Shown: positions 1 to 9,617 of the stretch, piece after piece
How positions within the stretch are numbered: position 1 is the stretch's first letter
How the letters are laid out: each line of letters begins with the position of its first letter
Origin: Candidatus Bathyarchaeota archaeon
GTDB lineage: Archaea > Thermoproteota > Bathyarchaeia > Bathyarchaeales > Bathycorpusculaceae
Length of the DNA stretch: 64,000 nucleotides
Direction of reading: 5' to 3'
Assembly (NCBI GenBank): GCA_963832745.1
Contig: CAWHVC010000003.1
Coordinates: 704,001 to 768,000 of the forward strand
Translations under genes and position numbers: made by a program
The notes under the pieces: generated by a model
The model's input: the letters and a program-made list of their open reading frames with translations, nothing else
The model's database searches: none
What the model was told of the DNA's origin: nothing

Positions 1-17
1 GAGATAGGGGAAAAAGT

Positions 18-1403
18 TTGAAGCCTCACGTAACATTTGTTAATCCACCTTATCCACAAGGAGCACACCAGCATCCACCATTCATTCCACTTGGAATCGG
101 CTATTTGGCTGCTGTACTTGAGAAAGCTGGCTATCAAGTTGACGTTATTGATTGCCAAGCAATGAAACTAACTTATGACCAGTTCAGAGAAGAACTAGCC
201 AAACGCAACCCTGACATTGTAGGCATGACCGCAACAACACTAATTTACAAGTCAGGCGCTGAATGTGCAAGAATCGCTAAAGAAGTAAACCCCAAAATCA
301 TAACCATGATTGGCGGTTCACACGTTTCATTCTGGGATGAAAACGCCCTAAAAGAGTATCCACAACTTGACGTTGTTGTACGTAAAGAGGGCGAAGAAAC
401 CCTTCTTGAATTAGTGCAAAGAATAGAGGCAGGAAAACCCTACTATGACGTAATAGGTACCACATGCAGAAACGGTGACCAAATCGTCAAAAACCCCGAC
501 CGCCCCTACATCCAAGACCTCGACTCTCTACCCTTTCCAGCACATCACCTTTTCCCACTTGACTACCTAAACAAGTTCGGCGTAGTCATCTTCCCAGTGT
601 ACACAAGCCGAGGCTGCACTTTCTGGTGCAACTTCTGCTCAGCAGTGCGCATGTTCGGCAGAGGCTACCGCATGAGAAGCCCCAAAAACGTCGTCGACGA
701 ACTAGAACATCTAGTAAAAGACTTCGGCGCTGAACAATTCACTTTCTATGACGACGCGTTCTCAGTTGACCAAAACCGTGTCCGCGAAATTTGCCGCCTC
801 ATCAAAGAAAGAGGCTTAAAGATCAAGTGGGACTGCGAAACCCGTGTTGACATGGTTGACCGTGACTTACTGCAAACCATGAAGGACGCTGGCTGCATTG
901 CAGTCTGGTTTGGCGTTGAGGCTGGTTCACAAATGGTTATTGACGCTATGGGCAAAGGTTACAAGCTTGAAACGATTAAGAAGTCTTTCAAGTTAGCCCA
1001 AGATGTCGGTTTAATGACTGTTGCAAGCGTCGTACTTGGCTTCCCAGAGGAAACACCTGAAACCCTGCGGGAAACAACCAAATTCATCGAAGAACTCAAC
1101 CCCGACGACGTAGGCTACTACATTGCTACCCCGTATCCCGGCACCCCAATGCATGAACTTGTTGTGAAAAAGGGTTGGCTGAAAATCACGGACTTTAACC
1201 ATTACGACACTGCCCAACCAATCTTTGAAACACCCTACATCAGCTCAAAGCAGCTTAAAGAAATGCGTGAAAAAGCCTTCCAAAGCTTCTACATACGTCC
1301 AAGCTACATTTACAAGATGTGGAGAAAAGGCGGCGTTTACGGAAAATCAGCAACGAGAACAGCACTGGCGCACCTGCGAAGAAAAATTAAGCAATCTGTC
1401 TAA
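18..1403 (+). CDS. Cobalamin-binding radical SAM enzyme (class B methylase/BchE-like)
   Basis: N-terminal B12-binding domain (PLGIGYLAAVL, GGSHVS); CxxxCxxC motif SRGCTFWCNFC; TPYPGT motif; TTG start. Confidence 0.9.
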   Translation: MKPHVTFVNPPYPQGAHQHPPFIPLGIGYLAAVLEKAGYQVDVIDCQAMKLTYDQFREELAKRNPDIVGMTATTLIYKSGAECARIAKEVNPKIITMIGGSHVSFWDENALKEYPQLDVVVRKEGEETLLELVQRIEAGKPYYDVIGTTCRNGDQIVKNPDRPYIQDLDSLPFPAHHLFPLDYLNKFGVVIFPVYTSRGCTFWCNFCSAVRMFGRGYRMRSPKNVVDELEHLVKDFGAEQFTFYDDAFSVDQNRVREICRLIKERGLKIKWDCETRVDMVDRDLLQTMKDAGCIAVWFGVEAGSQMVIDAMGKGYKLETIKKSFKLAQDVGLMTVASVVLGFPEETPETLRETTKFIEELNPDDVGYYIATPYPGTPMHELVVKKGWLKITDFNHYDTAQPIFETPYISSKQLKEMREKAFQSFYIRPSYIYKMWRKGGVYGKSATRTALAHLRRKIKQSV

Positions 1404-1440
1404 TTTTTCCTTTTTGCGCACTTGATGGTGTAAAACAATA

Positions 1441-2826
1441 ATGGGCACAACTGCAAAAGTAGCATTGGTTAATCCTCCCGCGTTACAAGGCGTTTTTCAT
1501 CATCATCCCTACCTGCCAATGGGACTAGCCTATTTGGCGGCCGTGCTTGAAGAGAAAGGCAACCACGTAATAGTCTTTGACTGCCTAGCAGAAGGCATAA
1601 ACCAAGACCAACTCAAACAGAAACTTGCCGAGTTTAACCCAGATGTGGTTGGTATAAGTTCTATGACTCCAATGGCGCTTTCAACTATGATGGCTGCAAA
1701 AGGTGCAAAAGAAGCCTGCCCAAACGCCACCGTTGTCCTTGGGGGTCCACATGCCACTTTTATGGACAAAGAAATCCTCGCCACTGAACCATCCGTTGAC
1801 GTGATTGTCCGCGGAGAAGGCGAAGTAACCCTTGCAGAATTAACCCAACGAATCGTAAACGGCGTCGGCTTAAACTCTGCTGACGGCATAACCTACCGCC
1901 ATCAAGGGCAAATCGTGCAAAACCCCGACCGCCCTTTCATTCAGAACCTTGACGAGTTGCCGTTTCCAGCTTACAAGCATTTTCCGCTTGAAAAATATCG
2001 TCTGTTTGGCAAACTCTTTTTCCCAGTTATCACCAGTCGAGGCTGCCCATTCCAATGCAACTTCTGCACTACCAGCCGCATTCTTGGCAAACAGTACCGT
2101 GTACGCAGCCCCCAAAACATCGGTCACGAACTTGAATTGCTTAAACGCGAATACGACGCGGACTCTTTCACCTTCTACGATGACACCTTAACTTTAGACA
2201 AGAAGCGCCTCTATGACATCTGCGACGAAATAAAAAGCCGAAAACTCAACATTCCATGGGACTGCCAAACCCGCGTAGACCAAATCAGCGAAGAAATGTT
2301 CGCAAAAATGAAAGCCACCAACTGTCAACAAGTCTTTTTTGGTGCTGAATCAGGCTGCCAAAGTGTGCTTAAAGCTGTTAACAAACGTACCACTGTGGAG
2401 CAGAATGAAGCTGCGATCAAGATGGCTAAGAAGGCTGGCTTGTTTGTTGCAATATCCATTATTATCGGTTATCCTGGTGAAACGGTAGAGATGCGTAAAG
2501 AAACCTTCGATTTTCTGCGGCGCGCTGAACCCGATGACGTGTACCTTTGCATTGCAACGCCTTATCCTGGCACCGAATTGCGCAGGGAAGTTGAACGGCT
2601 TGGCTACAAGATGTCTTCTGACTGGAGCCGTTATGACACAACAACTCCCGTCTTTGAGAACCCCTTGCTGCCAGACGAAGAAGCCCTGCAGCTACGCAAA
2701 CAATTCTACGACAGTTTCTACTCGCCAAAATACGCATTGCGTCACATGTTTAAACGCAACTTTTATAGTCGCGTTATGTCCCGTGTCGCTGTTAACCATT
2801 TGATTTGGCGTATAAAAGGCCATTAA
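1441..2826 (+). CDS. Cobalamin-binding radical SAM enzyme, paralog 2
   Basis: PMGLAYLAAVL, GGPHAT, SRGCPFQCNFC, TPYPGT; same length and layout as the upstream gene. Confidence 0.9.
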   Translation: MGTTAKVALVNPPALQGVFHHHPYLPMGLAYLAAVLEEKGNHVIVFDCLAEGINQDQLKQKLAEFNPDVVGISSMTPMALSTMMAAKGAKEACPNATVVLGGPHATFMDKEILATEPSVDVIVRGEGEVTLAELTQRIVNGVGLNSADGITYRHQGQIVQNPDRPFIQNLDELPFPAYKHFPLEKYRLFGKLFFPVITSRGCPFQCNFCTTSRILGKQYRVRSPQNIGHELELLKREYDADSFTFYDDTLTLDKKRLYDICDEIKSRKLNIPWDCQTRVDQISEEMFAKMKATNCQQVFFGAESGCQSVLKAVNKRTTVEQNEAAIKMAKKAGLFVAISIIIGYPGETVEMRKETFDFLRRAEPDDVYLCIATPYPGTELRREVERLGYKMSSDWSRYDTTTPVFENPLLPDEEALQLRKQFYDSFYSPKYALRHMFKRNFYSRVMSRVAVNHLIWRIKGH

Positions 2827-2927
2827 TCAAGGTCTGCTCTTTCGTAAAAATCCTTTTCATTTTACAGTTTTGGCAAAAGTTTTTCAGACTCAAATAGCCT
2901 ATCTTCGGCTTAAGAGATGCCAGTTAG

Positions 2928-4394
2928 ATGCGTGTTTGCCTCATTAACCCGCCCCGAATTCAACCTAAAGCTTGGGGAAAACCAAGCGTTTACCAACCAA
3001 TGGACCTTGCCTATATTGCAGCTGTACTTGAACAGAAACACGAAATTCTAGTTATTGATGTTCCGAACGAGGGTTGGGAGATGCTGGAAGAGATTGATGG
3101 AGGAAAATATCGACAGGGTCTGCCAAATTCTGAAATTGCCGCTCGAATCAAACGGTTTGAGCCTAAACTGGTGGTTATGGCGATTCCCTATTCAGGTTGG
3201 GCTAGCTCGGCTTTTACGGTTGCCAAAACCGTCAAGGACGTTGACAGAAACATCAAGATTGCACTTACCGGGCTACATCCGTCCTCACGTCCCAACGAAT
3301 GTCTCAAAGAGCCTAACGTGGATTTTGTAGTGATTGGCGAGCAGGAAATGACCACGCTTGAGCTTGCCGACACTTTAGAGAAGAGCGCAATTGCGGATTT
3401 GAAGAACGTTAAGGGCTTGGGCTTTATTGAAAACGGCAAAGTCATAATCACGCCGCCACGACCCGTAATTGAAGATCTTGACTCGATGCCTTTCCCCGCA
3501 CGGCACCTGTTGCCTATGAAAGAGTTCTTTGAAGCAGCCCGAAAAATTCCCATCAGCGGCAACCTCAAAAAACCTTCAATTCGCATGCTAACCACACGAG
3601 GCTGCCCCTATGGCTGCATATTCTGTTCAAACCACATTGTGATGGGACGAAAATGGCGGGCACGGAGCGCCGAAAACGTTGTCGCCGAAATCGAACAAAT
3701 CGTCAAAACCTACCACGTACACCAAATCGACTTCCTCGACGACAACATCGCCTTCAACCGCGAACGCCTCGTTAAAATCTGCAATATGTTGATTGAAAAG
3801 AAGTTGAATATTGAATGGTGTACCCCTAACGGTGTCCGCGCAGACTCTTTAGACCCAGAACTGTTGGCACTAATGCGCAAATCAGGCTGCCAAAAAATCC
3901 TGATAGCACCTGAATCTGGCGTTCAACGCGTTGTTGATGACGTGATTAAGAAGAAGCAGAGCCTAAAACGTGTTGAAGAAGCCGTTAGCGCCGCTCACAA
4001 AGTAGGCATCAAGGTTGGGTGCTTCTTTATTTTGGGTATGATTGGCGAAACTAAAGAGGACATGAAAGAAACCATAGCCTTTGCCCATAAACTGCGCAGT
4101 TTAGGCGCTGAATACTTCTACTTTAGCTATGCCACACCATTGTACGGGACGGAATTATATCGTCTGGCTAAAGAAGGCAACTACCTAACAAGCGACTTCA
4201 GCGATGACGCACTTTCAGCTGTGCAGCCCCTCATCGAAACTCCAGAATTCACCGCCGATGACTTGCGCTGTTTAGCTATGGAAGCGAACCTTGTTAATCC
4301 AACAGTGACTCGTGACCGTGTATTGCGAGCCATTCGCGACCCTAAGAAGGCAATTGAAATTCTAATATTTAGAAGTAAGGCAAACAAAAAGTAA
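2928..4394 (+). CDS. Cobalamin-binding radical SAM enzyme, paralog 3
   Basis: PMDLAYIAAVL, TRGCPYGCIFC, TPLYGT. Confidence 0.9.
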   Translation: MRVCLINPPRIQPKAWGKPSVYQPMDLAYIAAVLEQKHEILVIDVPNEGWEMLEEIDGGKYRQGLPNSEIAARIKRFEPKLVVMAIPYSGWASSAFTVAKTVKDVDRNIKIALTGLHPSSRPNECLKEPNVDFVVIGEQEMTTLELADTLEKSAIADLKNVKGLGFIENGKVIITPPRPVIEDLDSMPFPARHLLPMKEFFEAARKIPISGNLKKPSIRMLTTRGCPYGCIFCSNHIVMGRKWRARSAENVVAEIEQIVKTYHVHQIDFLDDNIAFNRERLVKICNMLIEKKLNIEWCTPNGVRADSLDPELLALMRKSGCQKILIAPESGVQRVVDDVIKKKQSLKRVEEAVSAAHKVGIKVGCFFILGMIGETKEDMKETIAFAHKLRSLGAEYFYFSYATPLYGTELYRLAKEGNYLTSDFSDDALSAVQPLIETPEFTADDLRCLAMEANLVNPTVTRDRVLRAIRDPKKAIEILIFRSKANKK

Positions 4395-4400
4395 CAATTT

Positions 4401-4763
4401 TTAAGTTGTTACTGTTTCTAAAAGTTCTTCGGGTTCAAATGGTTTGGCAACAAATCCTTTGGCGCCAAGCTTTAAAACCTTGTTAATTAAGGCTTTTTGG
4501 TTTAAGGCGCTGACAATAAAAATTTTGGCTGAAGGGTCAACACTTAAAATTTCTTTTAACGCGTCAACTCCTGTTTGAGCAGTATCTATAGGCTTTAACA
4601 CAACATCCAACAACACAACGTCTGGATGTAACGCTTTGTATTTCTTTACTGCCTCTTCTGCACTTGCCGCTTGGCCAACAACGTTGTGGCCTGCGCTTGT
4701 CAAAACCATTTTTAGCACATCTTTGACGTAATCTGAATCATCTACTAAGAGAATGCTAACCAA
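4401..4763 (-). CDS. Stand-alone CheY-like receiver protein
   Basis: LLVDDS acidic pocket, phospho-acceptor LLD, VSA, AKPF; 120 aa. Confidence 0.9.
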   Translation of the reverse strand: MVSILLVDDSDYVKDVLKMVLTSAGHNVVGQAASAEEAVKKYKALHPDVVLLDVVLKPIDTAQTGVDALKEILSVDPSAKIFIVSALNQKALINKVLKLGAKGFVAKPFEPEELLETVTT

Positions 4764-4897
4764 CTTTTACCACTAAACAAGGTTAACTTGTTTTTATATA
4801 AAATAGTTTATGAATTATCAATATCCATTTTTAGCAAAAAATGTTGCAAACGATTCTGAACAGGCGCATACTTGACGTTTAAACTGTTTTTGGCCGT

Positions 4898-5557
4898 TTA
4901 TAGTTTGTCTTTGGTTTGAAGGCTTGCCTTTTTGATCAGGTAGTAACCTTTGGTGTTTTTCCATTCCGTCTTGGCTTTCTCGACAGCAATTTTTTGTTTG
5001 TAAATTGGGCAATCAACCACGAGCGTATGGTATTCCCCCCATTCGCCGATTGGATTGATTTTTTTCTCGGCAACCCTCTGCTTGATTTCGTCAAGGATAT
5101 CTTTGTCTATTACTTTGCCAAGCCAATCCTTGTTAGCGCCAAGTGCAGTGTCAACTTCAATGACTAAACATTTGAAGCCGAGCTGCTGCATCTCGTCAAG
5201 CCCAACAATTGGGTCTTTACCAAACAGGGGAGCATACTGTTTGACGCCGATTGGATCCAAAATCCCCTTGTAATAGTCTAAGTGTTCGGGTGTGGTGGTT
5301 ACGCCTGAAACCAAAAGGTCTGCGCCAAGCTTTTTCAGCGCCTTTCCGACATCTTGAGGCTTTTTTCCGACAACCACTGCAGGAATGCCGGTCGCTTCAG
5401 AAATCAATTCAATCATTTTCTTGTTTTCAAGGTGAGCTTTGCCGCCTGTCTGAATAAACATTAAGTGTTTAACGTTTAAGCCTTCTTTAAGCGCCGAATA
5501 CAATGCGTATACGGAGTCTTTTCCGCCTGAAAGTGAAACAACCACGTGGTCTGCCAT
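4898..5557 (-). CDS. Diphthine-ammonia ligase family PP-loop ATPase (Dph6-like)
   Basis: SLSGGKDS PP-loop and GEWGEYHTLVVDCP C-terminal motif. Confidence 0.75.
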   Translation of the reverse strand: MADHVVVSLSGGKDSVYALYSALKEGLNVKHLMFIQTGGKAHLENKKMIELISEATGIPAVVVGKKPQDVGKALKKLGADLLVSGVTTTPEHLDYYKGILDPIGVKQYAPLFGKDPIVGLDEMQQLGFKCLVIEVDTALGANKDWLGKVIDKDILDEIKQRVAEKKINPIGEWGEYHTLVVDCPIYKQKIAVEKAKTEWKNTKGYYLIKKASLQTKDKL

Positions 5558-5660
5558 TAAGATGCACCCTAAATTTTGATTGCTGTCTTATTGTTTTTTG
5601 GAAAATAAAAACCTACACCCCACAAGCCTGCTGATAACTGCAGAGCGTGTTTTTGCAGGC

Positions 5661-5715
5661 TTTTTCAACATATTAATGAGCGCTTTTTCAACCAATAGCA
5701 CCTACCCCCCTTAGT
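5661..5715 (+). repeat. Arm A of dispersed non-coding element
   Basis: 47/55 nt ungapped identity (hand alignment) to the reverse complement of 39761-39815; core CCAATAGCACCTACCCCCCTT. Confidence 0.85.
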
Positions 5716-5733
5716 ATTTTTGAAAAAGAGAAG

Positions 5734-5767
5734 TGTTTACTAAATTTAGTAAACAAACCTTTACGAG
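5734..5767. promoter_or_regulatory. Palindromic operator-like site upstream of surface-protein gene
   Basis: Perfect 22-bp palindrome TGTTTACTAAATTTAGTAAACA (5734-5755) overlapping a GTAAA-N6-TTTAC dyad also seen at 61185 and 62901. Confidence 0.6.
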
Positions 5768-5782
5768 TACCCTTTTATCCTA

Positions 5783-6607
5783 ATGATTTCGTTTAAACTA
5801 AGTATGCGCAACACAAGCAAAACACTCGCATTACTACTAACACTAACTATCATATTGTCAGGCTTAACTTTGCTGATGATAAAACCTGCAAACGCTCAAA
5901 CAGTGCCATCTGTGCCTGAATTCACTGCAAAACTTGTTGTCCAATCTTATGACACACCCGCAACAACTCCAACATACACAATAGACCCATATTCAGGCGA
6001 ACAAAAACAAGTTTATCCAGGCTCTCCAAGCTACCATGTTGAAAACAAATGGATAGAACTTACCATTAAAAATCAACCGTTCACCCCATACAATGATTCA
6101 GAAGGCAGACAAGTCAGTTTGTACTATAACATTAGGTACAAGGGATATTTTGGAACTGACTGGTCATACGACCCATTTAACCCCGACGGGGTATCTTCGA
6201 AATCCTACGGCGGAATCGATATGACGTATCTTGTTCCTTATACGCCCTCAAACTCTGAATACACTACAATAACCTACAATTTAGGCACATCAGGTATTCC
6301 AACTTACGGAGAACTAGATTTTCAAGTACAAACACAAATAGGCTACATCCAAACAAGCGAAAACTCCTATATTCAAAGAGTCTTCGGTGCAACCTACCAT
6401 TTCACTGGAGAATCAAGTAGTTGGAGCCCCACACAAACAGTATCAATAACTAAAACATCTGACCCAAGTTCTACCTCAACATTGACACCTGCACCAACCC
6501 CTTCCGTACCAGAATATTCTTGGTTTGCAGTCGTACCCTTGATTCTATCTTTGATACCTGTGGCGTTAATTGTTAGACAACGAAAAACCGTCAACAAAAA
6601 CCCGTAG
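5783..6607 (+). CDS. Secreted/surface protein with PEF-CTERM-like C-terminal anchor
   Basis: Signal peptide, PSVPEFT motif, S/T/P linker, VPEY + TM helix + basic tail; start may be ATG at 5804. Confidence 0.8.
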   Translation: MISFKLSMRNTSKTLALLLTLTIILSGLTLLMIKPANAQTVPSVPEFTAKLVVQSYDTPATTPTYTIDPYSGEQKQVYPGSPSYHVENKWIELTIKNQPFTPYNDSEGRQVSLYYNIRYKGYFGTDWSYDPFNPDGVSSKSYGGIDMTYLVPYTPSNSEYTTITYNLGTSGIPTYGELDFQVQTQIGYIQTSENSYIQRVFGATYHFTGESSSWSPTQTVSITKTSDPSSTSTLTPAPTPSVPEYSWFAVVPLILSLIPVALIVRQRKTVNKNP

Positions 6608-6667
6608 GTTGACTCTGACCTACCCCCTATAGGTTTCTGCATAGAACCTCTAATAGGCGCCTAATAG
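6603..6667 (+). repeat. Arm B of dispersed non-coding element
   Basis: 49/65 nt ungapped identity (hand alignment) to the reverse complement of 39686-39750; contains GTAGGT-N8-ACCTAC dyad and CCTATAGG and TAGGCGCCTA palindromes. Confidence 0.8.
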
Positions 6668-6709
6668 GTTGGTAAAAGATTAAAAAATAAAAATTGGGTT
6701 TAGCTTAAT

Positions 6710-7627
6710 TTAGTACATTGAAACTAAATCGTTTGCGTAAGGCAAGCCTGCCCTTGCGCCCATTGCCGTTACGCTTCTGGCTGCTACAAAATTGCCTATT
6801 CTGCCGCACTCGTAGAGATTTATTTTATTGTCTAAGAGTCCGTAGAGAAAGCCTGCGTTGAAAGCGTCGCCTGCCCCCGTGGTGTCAACTGCTTGAACTG
6901 GAAAAGCATCGACTATGAACTGTTCTTGTCCATCCGTAACATAACAGCCTTTTTCGCCAAGTTTAACAGCTACGATTTTGACGCCCATTTCAAGTATGAA
7001 GTCTGCGCCTTTACGGTAGTCAACCTCGCCTGTTAACTCTTCAAGTTCCAAGGCGTTGGGCATAAACAGGTATGAGCTTCTAATCAGGGGTTCTATTGCA
7101 GTAAGGCCTTTTTGGGCATAGAGGGCGCCGGGGTCGAAGCTGACTTTAATGTTTTTTGGCAACATGCCTGCAAGCTTTTTCTGTGCACGGAACGGTCTAT
7201 CGCCAACAAACGATGAAAGATGCAGAAAACTGGTTTGGGCAATATACTCCAGATTGATTTCTCTTGATTCTAAGGTGTCGTTCACGCCGGGGTTAATGTA
7301 TAAGGCTCTTGCGCCTTTCTTATCGACAAACCCCAGACAGACGCCGCTTTTGCCCTTTTTTGAGTGAATAATGCCGTTAGTATCAACACCTTCACTGCTA
7401 AAACAGTCAATTTGTATTTGCCCTTCATGGTCGTCGGCGATTTTTCCGATAAAACCTGCTTTACATCCAAGCCTAGCTAAACCAACCATGGTGTTTGCTG
7501 CTGAACCACCGCACGCTTCGGTGTAGTTTTCGATGAAACTTTCTTCCTCTGGACCTGCAATGCGTTCAACTTTTAGGAGAGTATCAACGTTTAATGCGCC
7601 AAAACCTATTACGTCAAGTTTATTCAT
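6710..7627 (-). CDS. PfkB/ribokinase-family kinase (EhaT-like)
   Basis: GGSAANT and VDTTGAGDAF signatures; ATG directly abuts the upstream stop (TAAATG). Confidence 0.9.
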   Translation of the reverse strand: MNKLDVIGFGALNVDTLLKVERIAGPEEESFIENYTEACGGSAANTMVGLARLGCKAGFIGKIADDHEGQIQIDCFSSEGVDTNGIIHSKKGKSGVCLGFVDKKGARALYINPGVNDTLESREINLEYIAQTSFLHLSSFVGDRPFRAQKKLAGMLPKNIKVSFDPGALYAQKGLTAIEPLIRSSYLFMPNALELEELTGEVDYRKGADFILEMGVKIVAVKLGEKGCYVTDGQEQFIVDAFPVQAVDTTGAGDAFNAGFLYGLLDNKINLYECGRIGNFVAARSVTAMGARAGLPYANDLVSMY

Positions 7628-8554
7628 TTATAACATCTCACTGAATGGGATTTTGTATTGTCCAAGTTTGCCGCCGTAGTTGCCTGCTGAAATGCGTACG
7701 ACGCCTTCAACATCAAGCACTGCTCGGATTCCGGCTTTAATGGCTTTTTTAACTGCATCCTCGTTTACGCCGTCGATGACTAGTTCCGCTATATAGTTTA
7801 CCCCGTCTGGAACAAGGGATTCCTTACCCAACCTTGCTTTGAGCGATGGGCAGTAGACATGGTTAGTTGTGGGACCAATTTCCGGGAAACGGGTTTCAGG
7901 TTTGGAGCCTGCTGAGCAAACATCAAACGACGTGACTACGCCTGGAACCGTGTGCATTGCTGCAAGAGACTTTTTCCCAGCCTCTTTCAGCGCCTGCTTG
8001 GTTGTGCACATAACCCAAAAGTTGCCGCCCATAATACCACGGGCATAGCCGATGTAGTGTTCAATTATAAAGTCTGGAACCATCAAAGGCACAACGATAA
8101 CTTCTCTGCCATAACGTTGCTCTACCCATTCATAGCCGTCGCCGCAGTGACCGACACGCGGCATCATGTCCATTTTGCCTTCTGCGTTAGGCAGGGCGTC
8201 GAAAACTGCTGTGAATGGTTTAACCAAGATATCTTGACGGATTTTGTAAGAAAGCTCTTTCTCAAACTTTTCAAGACATTTCTCAAAGCCCTTTTTCTCG
8301 TTAAGTTCTCCCCAAAACTGTAAGATTGCGCCTACTCTGCCGTCTGGGGTTTCTTTTTCGGTGAGGTAGCGTTCTACTCCTCCTTCTGTTCTGCCAATAA
8401 CGACTGACGGGGTGGCTGTTGAATCGTTAGCTGCCGCAGTCAGTGTTTCCATGTCGTCCGCGGTTACGATTACGCGGCTAAAAATTCCCTGAAACGCTTC
8501 AACAAAGGTATCATCAATAGTAACTTTCTGATTCAATTTATCCAAGTCTCCCAA
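7628..8554 (-). CDS. Formylmethanofuran:H4MPT formyltransferase paralog (Ftr-II/EhaS-like)
   Basis: [39 protein letters not shown]; divergent QDILVKPFT and GHCGDG segments relative to canonical Ftr. Confidence 0.85.
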   Translation of the reverse strand: MGDLDKLNQKVTIDDTFVEAFQGIFSRVIVTADDMETLTAAANDSTATPSVVIGRTEGGVERYLTEKETPDGRVGAILQFWGELNEKKGFEKCLEKFEKELSYKIRQDILVKPFTAVFDALPNAEGKMDMMPRVGHCGDGYEWVEQRYGREVIVVPLMVPDFIIEHYIGYARGIMGGNFWVMCTTKQALKEAGKKSLAAMHTVPGVVTSFDVCSAGSKPETRFPEIGPTTNHVYCPSLKARLGKESLVPDGVNYIAELVIDGVNEDAVKKAIKAGIRAVLDVEGVVRISAGNYGGKLGQYKIPFSEML

Positions 8555-9617
8555 TAGCTACGCCACGAACCTTCTTTCGAAATTCGCTACTTTCAGTAAC
8601 TATTGAGTTCATATTTTCGCTTGTAACTATTTGAACCTTCGGCAACACATTCGAAGACCCAAATACTTGTTTAACCAACTCTGAACCTACTCTGGCGGAT
8701 TCCAACGCTGCTTGACTCCAAGTTTCCACTGCATTAATTGTCTGGTTCCTGCCTAACCGACAGAACATGTCGGTTATGGCAGCGGTTACAAGGTTGCTCT
8801 CCGATATTACAGCAACATCGGCATTTCTAACAGCATAACTGTTACCATTAAACGAAACCGCCAAACCCCCATTTTCCCGTACCAAACGGAATGCTTCAAC
8901 ATCTGTTATGCTGTCGCCAACATACATCACGTTCTCCAATCGCCCATTAAGACGTTTGACAACGTCGCGGATGGCTTCAGCTTTCTGTTCTCCTCCGACC
9001 GTAATAACGTCGCTGAGGGCTGTTCCGACAGTCATTTTAGGAATTTCAACCCAGAAAATCTCGTCCAGCCGTTTGATAAAGGCTTGGTCTTTTGCTGAAA
9101 AGTTTTTGAGGCTTTTAGCGTTTGCTGGAATCTCAATCAGGGGCATTTGACTGATTTCTTGCGCCATTCCCCTTAGTTGGTCTCTTTCTTGCGCCGTTAT
9201 GGGTGCCTTGTCGAGGCTGACCTTGGTGCAATACGTGTTTTTGTATGGAAAATCTACTGCTTTGCATAGCGCTTTAATGTAATGCTCATAACTGGTGCTA
9301 ACAATGTAGGCGTCAGCGATTGATTGAACATGCTTAAGTGTAGTTTGTGTGCCAGCGATTAGTATGATGTTTTCAGCAGAAAACTTTTCCATCTGCTGGT
9401 CAGTTAAGCCGTAAGCCTTCAAAAAAGGCAAAATCAACCTCAAAGTGCCGCCTGCACAGTAGCCTTTTTTCTTTAAAACATCCGCCAACACGTCATCGTA
9501 CCTGCTGACGTTGCAGAAGAAGGTGTCGCCGTTTGGAATAAAATTGGCAGCTAACTCGTAGGCGTTGTCGTTTTTTGAAATTGGTCCTTCACAGTCGGAA
9601 ACAAAGATGCTCTTCAC
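8538..9617 (-). CDS. HAD-superfamily protein (EhaR-like)
   Basis: Motif [24 protein letters not shown]; GTG start at 9617 overlaps the purD stop (GTGA). Confidence 0.75.
   Translation of the reverse strand: MKSIFVSDCEGPISKNDNAYELAANFIPNGDTFFCNVSRYDDVLADVLKKKGYCAGGTLRLILPFLKAYGLTDQQMEKFSAENIILIAGTQTTLKHVQSIADAYIVSTSYEHYIKALCKAVDFPYKNTYCTKVSLDKAPITAQERDQLRGMAQEISQMPLIEIPANAKSLKNFSAKDQAFIKRLDEIFWVEIPKMTVGTALSDVITVGGEQKAEAIRDVVKRLNGRLENVMYVGDSITDVEAFRLVRENGGLAVSFNGNSYAVRNADVAVISESNLVTAAITDMFCRLGRNQTINAVETWSQAALESARVGSELVKQVFGSSNVLPKVQIVTSENMNSIVTESSEFRKKVRGVAIGRLG

Noticed and set aside
7628-8554. Evidence for methanogenesis or an Eha hydrogenase
   Set aside because: No mcr, fwd, mch or hydrogenase subunits in the window; the context is purine synthesis
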